A stretch of 64,000 nucleotides of DNA from Candidatus Latescibacterota bacterium. GTDB taxonomy: Bacteria; Latescibacterota; UBA2968; GCA-2709665. The stretch covers positions 4,800,001 through 4,864,000 of the forward strand of contig OZ241917.1 of the NCBI GenBank assembly GCA_965203805.1, given 5' to 3'. The notes under the pieces are model-generated. The model worked only from the letters and a program-made list of their open reading frames with translations. It was not told the origin of the DNA and did no database searches. The position numbers and the translations under genes are program-made. Each line of letters opens with the position of its first letter. Position 1 is the first letter of the stretch. Shown one piece after another: positions 57,699 to 64,000 of the stretch.

Positions 57699-58433
57699 GT
57701 GAGGGACAGGTCTATGATTCGCGCTATTCTGGACGGTCTGTTTACCCGGGAATTGCTGGACGCACACCCGGATGAATGGGGTACCGCCGATTTTTGCGAC
57801 CATCCGGCGGCGGCGGGGTACTCGACCACGATAACGCCGGAAGTGATACGTACGGCAACCGATCGAGGCGTAGACCTGATTGTCACCCACCATGATGCCT
57901 GGGATTTCATGTTCGAGCAGCGGGAGCAGGTCCAATCTCTATTGAAAGAAAGCGGAATCACGCACGTGTGGGCGCACCTCCCGCTCGACCTCGCGGACTT
58001 CGGGACCTCGGCGACGCTGCTGTCGGAAATGGGCTGCGCGCCGGTGGCGGTTATGCAGCACGCGGAGGTAAGGGTGGGCGAACTTGCCGAACCCGAACCT
58101 CTGAACGCGGTGCGCGTGAGACTCAGCGGATTGTTATCGGAGGAACCCTGCCGGGTACAGGATGCGGATCGGGCGGTGAGGAGAGTAGCTGTGGCAACCG
58201 GCGCGGGAATCTATACCACGCTTGTACGGGATGCGTTGCAATACGATATCGACCTGTACGTCACGGGGGAGACGAACCTCTATCTGCTCGAGTACGCGAA
58301 ATACAAAAACGTCAACGTGCTCGTGTACTCGCATAACTACACGGAGTTACCCGGCGTACGGGCCTTCGCCGAAAGAATCGCCGGCGCTCTCGGGCTCGAG
58401 CTGAAGGGGCATCTGGGGGATTCTCATTTTTAG
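57699..58433 (+). CDS. Nif3-like dinuclear metal-centre protein
   Basis: LIVTHH, AHLPLD, VA..TGAG, D.YVTGE and HNYTE motifs. Confidence 0.85.
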   Translation: MRDRSMIRAILDGLFTRELLDAHPDEWGTADFCDHPAAAGYSTTITPEVIRTATDRGVDLIVTHHDAWDFMFEQREQVQSLLKESGITHVWAHLPLDLADFGTSATLLSEMGCAPVAVMQHAEVRVGELAEPEPLNAVRVRLSGLLSEEPCRVQDADRAVRRVAVATGAGIYTTLVRDALQYDIDLYVTGETNLYLLEYAKYKNVNVLVYSHNYTELPGVRAFAERIAGALGLELKGHLGDSHF

Positions 58434-59099
58434 ACTCTCGAATCGCCGCGTTTCAGAACAAGAACCAACTCCGCGCCTGAATTCCGTTTCGCCGGGGAGA
58501 ATTCCAATTTCGGTAACCAGCTGAACGTCGACGCGTTCAGGAGAATGTGCGATGTCGAGATCGAAGCTAATGGTAGTCGGATACGGCGGGATGGGCCGAA
58601 AATTCTCGAAAGTCTTCACCGAAACCTTCTCGATCTCGTGGACCACCTCCGAAACAACACACCGGCCACTTATTGGGAGAGCCAGGTCTGCAATCCGTTT
58701 ACCAGTCGGCTGCGACGCCGGTTGGTCGAGTCCATGGGGCAATACGCCGATCGGTTGGATCGGGGCGAGTTTCCGTTTGAGTCCGAGCTGTCCGGCAGGT
58801 CGAGTTGACTCGCGCTCTTGCGGATTGATAGAAATAGTTCGGCTGCGATCACATTACGGAGTTATCTTTAACTTACGACACGGAATCTGTTGAGCCGAGT
58901 GAGAGCCAACAGCGACAGGCGAAATACTACTGTAAAGTGATGAAAGTCAAATTTTCAGTTGTGAATTGCCATGATGCCGGTTTCGAGGTAAATTTGCCGA
59001 ACTCGCAGTCTTCGAAGGCGATGTGTAGTCCTGGCCAGATTTGCCAGGTGTGTCCCGCGTCGTAGCCGACCTGGACAAACTCCCAGTCTGGAGACATCA

Positions 59100-59318
59100 A
59101 TGGAATGCACTTACATCAGTCGCGATTCGGAAATCATGAGTGGGGCACTCTGTTTTACAGGGACTCGCGTACCGGTTCAGAATTTATTCGACTACCTTGC
59201 GGGGACCTCCTCGCTTGACGATTTCCTGGAGGACTTTCCCTCGGTTTCGCGCGAAGCCGCGGTAGCTGTACTCGAGGCCGCGAAAGCACACCTCTTTGCT
59301 GATGCGTCTACTGCTTGA
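59100..59318 (+). CDS. DUF433 antitoxin
   Basis: IMSG..CF.GTRVPV..LFDYL and FLEDFPSVSRE motifs. Confidence 0.9.
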   Translation: MECTYISRDSEIMSGALCFTGTRVPVQNLFDYLAGTSSLDDFLEDFPSVSREAAVAVLEAAKAHLFADASTA

Positions 59319-59622
59319 CGAATCCGTACCGCGGAACCTGCGGCGATTCCTACCCGATCATACAGTACGAACAGTGATTGAGATGCAGTGGGGTGGAATC
59401 ACGAACGGTGAGGTACTCCGACTTGCCGCGTCCGAATTTGATGCGTTTATCACCGTTGACAAGAATCTTCGGTACCAACAGAACCTATCCAACCTTCCCA
59501 TCGCGGTCGTAGTCCTGCACGCGCGCTCGAACGAGCTTCAGTTCCTGACGCCGCTCCTGCCTGAGTTGAAAGAAACCCTGTTTTCGCTGAAGCCACGCTG
59601 TCTCGTGCAAGTCGGGGCATAA
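59302..59622 (+). CDS. DUF5615 PIN-like toxin
   Basis: MRLLLDES.P, W.G..NG and F.TVDKNL.YQQN motifs; overlaps DUF433. Confidence 0.88.
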   Translation: MRLLLDESVPRNLRRFLPDHTVRTVIEMQWGGITNGEVLRLAASEFDAFITVDKNLRYQQNLSNLPIAVVVLHARSNELQFLTPLLPELKETLFSLKPRCLVQVGA

Positions 59623-59652
59623 CCAGCATCTTCAATTATCCCATTTGCGATA

Positions 59653-60141
59653 ATGAAAATAAGCCTCGCAGTCAAAACCCGGCGCGCCGTCAAGACGGAC
59701 GTCCCGGCGCTTATTGACCTGGCGCAGCGGTCCTGGCTTTCCGGCAACTGCGAACTCGCCCCGATCGACGCGGTACGGGACTGGATGGAAGCGGACCTCG
59801 AGACGAAGCGATATCCGGAGATATGGCCGAACGTCACGGTTGCGGAGCACCGGTCACGAATCCTGGGCCTCGCGTATGCCGACGGCCGGGAGGTCGCGGA
59901 ACTGTGGGTTCACCCTTCATTTCAGCGGCGGAGCATCGGGAGCAGGTTGTTGCAGGCCTGCGAGCAGGAAATACTCCGCGCGGGTTACGACACCTCGAGA
60001 CTGCAGTACTCGGAGTATAACGTGGCTGCTCCACACTTCTACCGTGCTCGCGGATACGTGGAGGTGAGCAGGTCGCGGGGCAGACTTCCATCCGGAGTGG
60101 AACGGGACATCATTGTCATGGAAAAAAGGCTGAACGCCTGA
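59653..60141 (+). CDS. GNAT family acetyltransferase
   Basis: LWVHPSFQRRSIGSRLL and N..A..FY...GY motifs. Confidence 0.88.
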   Translation: MKISLAVKTRRAVKTDVPALIDLAQRSWLSGNCELAPIDAVRDWMEADLETKRYPEIWPNVTVAEHRSRILGLAYADGREVAELWVHPSFQRRSIGSRLLQACEQEILRAGYDTSRLQYSEYNVAAPHFYRARGYVEVSRSRGRLPSGVERDIIVMEKRLNA

Positions 60142-60231
60142 AAGACTCACGCGCCGTTCGCGGCAGATTCACCGGCGCTGCCTCCCGGATAACGCAGTGC
60201 GATTCAGCGTCCAGGATAAAGGACCCGACCT

Positions 60232-60278
60232 ATGAAAGTCAAGGCGATCGACTTCGTGATTTCCCACGTGTCGGATCC
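60232..60278 (+). pseudogene. 5' stub of a VOC/glyoxalase-family gene
   Basis: AAGGA RBS then MKVKAIDFVISHVSD, resembling the first VOC strand; the frame then runs into the antisense of the trmJ-like gene. Confidence 0.5.
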
Positions 60279-60305
60279 TCCTCATGTTGTCGGCGGGCGC
60301 CCTGA

Positions 60306-61064
60306 TCATCCGTCTTCGTTCGATTTGTGTACAGCGACGAATTTGTCGATCTGGCGGAAGATTCTGTGCAGGGTGGCGACGTCGCGCCGGTCCATGGACA
60401 GGCGGCCGAAGAGGCGCCGGATGGACCTCGGGAAGGCCTTGGGCATGTAGTCGGCCGGAAAGCCGAGTTTGTCCAGGCCGGACGCGATGTGGGCGTAGAG
60501 GGACTCCATTTCTTCGAAGGACGGACGGTCCAGTTCCGGCTCTTCGCGGGGTTCCGCGGCCGCACGGAAGAGTTCATACCCGAAGATGAGCACGGCCTGG
60601 GAGAGGTTCAGCGAAGGATACCTGTGGGCCGTGGGAATATTGGCGACGATACTGCATAGCCGCATTTCATTGTTGGTGAGTCCGTTTTCCTCCCGCCCGA
60701 AGACAAGGGCGGCCTCATTGCCTCCGGGCAGGGAAACCAGTTTCTCCGCCGCGTGCCGGGGCCCGTACATGACGTCGAAGTGCTCCCGTTTCCTGTGGGT
60801 CGTGCCGACGGAGAGCACAGTGCCGGAGAGGGCTTCTTCGAGCGATTCGCAGACGGTGGCGCCATAGAGTACGTCGCCCGAGCCGTGCGCCATCTTTCGG
60901 GCGTCTCCGCACGTGTGGTCGGGCGGGTCAACGAGGTAGAGCCTCGAGAGTCCCATGTTCTTCATGGCGCGCGCCACCGAACCGACGTTGCCCGGCTCCT
61001 TGGCGCCAGCCAGAACAACGCGGATGCGGTCGAGCGCTTCCGGTGCGGTCGATTGTTGCCGCAT
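60306..61064 (-). CDS. TrmJ/LasT family SPOUT RNA methyltransferase
   Basis: PGNVGSVARAMKNMG, VFGRE..GL.N.E and SLNLSQAV motifs; AAGGAG RBS. Confidence 0.9.
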   Translation of the reverse strand: MRQQSTAPEALDRIRVVLAGAKEPGNVGSVARAMKNMGLSRLYLVDPPDHTCGDARKMAHGSGDVLYGATVCESLEEALSGTVLSVGTTHRKREHFDVMYGPRHAAEKLVSLPGGNEAALVFGREENGLTNNEMRLCSIVANIPTAHRYPSLNLSQAVLIFGYELFRAAAEPREEPELDRPSFEEMESLYAHIASGLDKLGFPADYMPKAFPRSIRRLFGRLSMDRRDVATLHRIFRQIDKFVAVHKSNEDG

Positions 61065-61168
61065 CTGTTGCTCCTTGTCTGATTGCATTACCGGCGCCCG
61101 TACTCTGAAGGCGCGCTCTGAAGACCGGTCCCCCGGGTCACCGTCGCAGCGTCGGGCCCGCCGGTCGA

Positions 61169-62383
61169 CTATTGACTCAACAGGCGTTTCCATCCCCTGG
61201 GAACGGCATTGGTTTCGAGCAGCATCAGCACCGCCTGCCGCTGCGCGGTCTCCAGGCTGTCGTCTCGGGCTTCCCAATAGGCGGCGCCGCGCCGGGTCGC
61301 GTCGGGGCGCATCGAAAAAGCCTCCCGGCTGAAGACGGAATCGTGAAGCGCGGGGTTCAGCGAATAGCCGCCAATGCGCGTCGTCTGTTCGGCCATGGCG
61401 CCTGTTCCGGTGGTAATGCGCACGGTTTGCAGGACCGGCAGCCAGTACCGGTCGTAGTACAGCGCGTTTTGCTGATAGGTGCGCAATTCTTCGACGCCGA
61501 GCGGTTTTCGTCCCCTCTTGTTCAGCCGCAGGTCGTAGCCCACCAGTGAGAAGTCGTCTGCGGAAATCCAGATCGCCCCTTCAAGTCCGGGGCGTTTCTT
61601 CTTTCTCGGCTCGACGCGAATCCTGTGCACCGCCACGTCACCCATCTGTACGGTTCCGGTCAGACGATAGCGGTAATTCTCCCGGGCGTCGGATGCCAGC
61701 GGAAGCGGACCCACGTCGAAATCGCGGCCATTGAGGCGGCCGCTGCGGATATTGACGATTACGCCGGGATGCATGCCGAACTGCTGCGCAGGCGCGTGAC
61801 GCGACCGGTACGCCGTAATGACCTGGACGATCTCTCCCGGATTCCGATAGTACCCCCGGCCGTCGTAATCGATTCGCGCGAGGATGTTCGAACCGCCGCT
61901 GCCGCCGCCAAACAGAGTCTGGGTGCCGCGTAATGCGAAGCGATGCGTTTGGAGATCCGCGTAGCGCGTGTGGAAGACGTTTTCGCGGGGTTCCCGGCCT
62001 ATTTTTTCGAGGAGCGCCTTGAGGGACGGTCGCGGAAGGTCAACGTGTGACTTGAGGGTAATGGGAGACGGGGAGAGCAGGACGTCCAGCTGGGTCTCCG
62101 GAGTCGCGGCCGAGTCAATTTCCCGCAGTGAGGTCCGATAGCCCACCAGGGAGACCCGGAGACGGATCGGGCCCGCGGGCAGGTCGGAGACCGCGAATCG
62201 GCCATGGAGGTCCGTATGGTCTCCCCGCCTGAGTTCCGGCAGGACAACCGTGGCGTAGGGAAGCGGCGCGCGCGTGGCACTGTCTCTCACGGTGCCGATC
62301 AGGGTGGCCGTATGCGAGGACGCCTGAAGGATGTGCAACGCGACAAAGCCGGCGATGACGTTAGAAAAATGCCGTACGGACAT
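61169..62383 (-). CDS. Exported protein with carboxypeptidase-regulatory-like N-terminal domain
   Basis: G.VRD..T..PLPYA.V, TD..G.F and S.VGY motifs; C-terminal G.IWI...D and YWLP. Confidence 0.72.
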   Translation of the reverse strand: MSVRHFSNVIAGFVALHILQASSHTATLIGTVRDSATRAPLPYATVVLPELRRGDHTDLHGRFAVSDLPAGPIRLRVSLVGYRTSLREIDSAATPETQLDVLLSPSPITLKSHVDLPRPSLKALLEKIGREPRENVFHTRYADLQTHRFALRGTQTLFGGGSGGSNILARIDYDGRGYYRNPGEIVQVITAYRSRHAPAQQFGMHPGVIVNIRSGRLNGRDFDVGPLPLASDARENYRYRLTGTVQMGDVAVHRIRVEPRKKKRPGLEGAIWISADDFSLVGYDLRLNKRGRKPLGVEELRTYQQNALYYDRYWLPVLQTVRITTGTGAMAEQTTRIGGYSLNPALHDSVFSREAFSMRPDATRRGAAYWEARDDSLETAQRQAVLMLLETNAVPRGWKRLLSQ

Positions 62384-63524
62384 CAGCCAGTGCCTGAATG
62401 AGACGGTTGATTTCTTCCTCTCCGTGGTCGGCCATGAGCGTGAGGCGAAGTCGGCTCTCGCCCTCCGGCACTGTCGGAGGCCGGATGCCGCTGAGATAGA
62501 TCCCTTCCTCGAAGAGATGGTCCGAAATTGCCATCGTGCGCTTCGCGTCGCCGATTAGAACGGGAATGATCTGGGATTCGGAGCCCATGAGATCGAAGTC
62601 GAGGTCGCGCAAGGCGCCCTGAACGGTTCGGACGTTTCGCCAGAGGTCGTCTCGCAGGTCCGGCCGTGATTCGACGAGTCCCAAAGCGGCTGAGGCGGCG
62701 GCGCAGGCGTCGGGTGGCGGGGCCGAAGTGTAGATGAAGGCCGGCGCCCGATTGATCAGCAGGTCGATGAGTTCCGCGTTTCCGGCGACGAATCCGCCAC
62801 AGGCGCCGAGGGCCTTGCTGCCGGAGGTCGTCAGAACGTCGATACCCTGTGTGATGCCGAAATGGTCGTGTATTCCGCGGCCGGAAGCGCCCAGGACGCC
62901 GGTTCCATGGGCGTCGTCAACCATGAGGATGGCCTTGTGCCGGTTCGCTGCGTCCACCAGTTCGGGGAGCGGGGCAAGGTCGCCGTCCATGCTGAACAGC
63001 CCGTCGGTGACGATCAGCCGGCGCCGGTAATCGATCCGCGACCGGAGAAGCTTGTCCAAATGGTCGACGTCCCGGTGGCGATAGACGAAGGTTTCTGCGC
63101 GGGAGAGCCGGCAGGCGTCGATGATGCTTCGATGGTTCAGGCGGTCGCTGAAAACCGCATCTTCCTCGCCTGCAAGCGCGCTAACCGCTCCCAGGTTCGC
63201 CATATAGCCGGTGGGAAAGCAGAGGGCCGATTCGGTTCCCAGGAATCGGGCCACCCTGTCTTCCAGCGTCCGATGCGGTTCCATATTTCCTGAAATCAGG
63301 CGGGAGGCCGCCGCGCTCAGCCCGTACGTGCGCAGGGCAGCGTCCGCGTCTTCCTTAAGTGCAGGGTGATTTGCAAGCCCGAGATAGTTATTGGAACAGA
63401 AGAGGAGACGTTCCTTGCCGTCGATGCGGACCCTGGGACCCTGCGCTCCTTCCACCAGATGAAGGCTGCGGTACAGTCCGCGTGATTTCAGGTTGTTCAA
63501 CTCTGTGTCGAGATGAGGAAGCAC
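62361..63524 (-). CDS. bioF: 8-amino-7-oxononanoate synthase
   Basis: SNNYLGL, SRLISG, GYMANLG, D.LNH.SI, FSMDGD, DDAHG, SKALG and IRPPTVP motifs. Confidence 0.88.
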   Translation of the reverse strand: MLPHLDTELNNLKSRGLYRSLHLVEGAQGPRVRIDGKERLLFCSNNYLGLANHPALKEDADAALRTYGLSAAASRLISGNMEPHRTLEDRVARFLGTESALCFPTGYMANLGAVSALAGEEDAVFSDRLNHRSIIDACRLSRAETFVYRHRDVDHLDKLLRSRIDYRRRLIVTDGLFSMDGDLAPLPELVDAANRHKAILMVDDAHGTGVLGASGRGIHDHFGITQGIDVLTTSGSKALGACGGFVAGNAELIDLLINRAPAFIYTSAPPPDACAAASAALGLVESRPDLRDDLWRNVRTVQGALRDLDFDLMGSESQIIPVLIGDAKRTMAISDHLFEEGIYLSGIRPPTVPEGESRLRLTLMADHGEEEINRLIQALADVRTAFF

Positions 63525-63628
63525 TGGACGGGCACCGGTACGCGAGGCAGTTCAGGGACACGAAACTCGGACGGAAATTATGGAAATCCCCCGGGAATGT
63601 CAAGCAGGTGGCGGAGAATGGTACGGGT

Positions 63629-63656
63629 TTGACAAAAGGGTTCGTTCGCTTATATT
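63629..63656 (+). promoter_or_regulatory. Sigma70 promoter, back-to-back with a minus-strand TTGACA at 63598-63603
   Basis: TTGACA-N16-TATATT toward lnt; opposite TTGACA-N17-TAATTT toward bioF. Confidence 0.55.
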
Positions 63657-63794
63657 CTTAGCGGGTTTTCGTGGCAGGGTTCAACCGGACCGGTTGGCGG
63701 GACTCGCTGCTTGCGGCCAACCGGTTTTTCCGTCCCGTAACATGACAACCCTGCCGCCCGGGAAGCGGCGCAAGGGTTTGGAGGAACCGGAATC

Positions 63795-64000
63795 ATGGCG
63801 GAGGCACGGCAGGGCGCAGACTGGAAATGGATGGCGCTGTTTCCCGCGGTTTCGGGCCTTATCCTCGGCGCGGCATTTCCGCCTCTGCCTCTGGGTTTTC
63901 TGTCTTATGTCGCGCTGATCCCGCTGCTGCTTGCGGCGGAGCAGGTGCGCGGCAGGGCGGCTTTCGCCGCAGGGTTCGTTCAGGGGATCTTCTTTTACGG
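63795..64000 (+). CDS. lnt: Apolipoprotein N-acyltransferase, N-terminal part (truncated by window edge)
   Basis: GGAGG RBS; MAEARQ...SGLILGAAFPP.PLGFLSYVALIPLL....AF.AGF..G.FFY, typical of the Lnt N-terminus. Confidence 0.75.
   Translation, partial: MAEARQGADWKWMALFPAVSGLILGAAFPPLPLGFLSYVALIPLLLAAEQVRGRAAFAAGFVQGIFFY

Noticed and set aside
52160-60230. Integron attC array
   Set aside because: Isolated GTTAG-like sites (about 52169, about 56049) lack matching RYYYAAC partners and regular spacing; no intI seen
63598-63634. TGTCAA...TTGACA upstream of bioF as a BirA operator
   Set aside because: The half-sites are 25 bp apart, longer than BirA spacing; back-to-back -35 boxes explain it better

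Overview
GC-rich bacterial chromosomal window. The secreted dockerin/EF-hand-like 'DFD..DFxxF' protein and the many Gfo/Idh/MocA oxidoreductases suggest a Latescibacterota/Gemmatimonadota-like host, which is an inference. Housekeeping genes: mrdA 3' end, rodA, dnaE, aroA, fused glyQS, rsmD, trmJ-like, bioF and the lnt 5' end. It also carries a peptidoglycan-recycling-like trio, an Fe3+/polyamine-type ABC importer, a cluster of secreted proteins, sugar/amine catabolic genes and a decaying accessory stretch at about 52-60 kb. Two signals stand out. (1) A 92-aa DUF5069-like gene (15459-15737) has an in-frame TGA at the family's 'YP-C-P' cysteine, followed directly by a SECIS-like hairpin, making it a candidate selenoprotein missed by the ORF track. 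(2) A complete IS110 element (37524-39141, AG/CT core) is inserted in a palindromic repeat. Its upstream non-coding region carries four candidate bridge-RNA guides that match the reconstructed target and donor, but in IS621-like geometry only on the strand antisense to the recombinase. The window also holds a 277-bp gap-free repeat in two inverted copies and a 115-bp MITE with a 4-bp TSD. No rRNA, tRNA or CRISPR array was seen.
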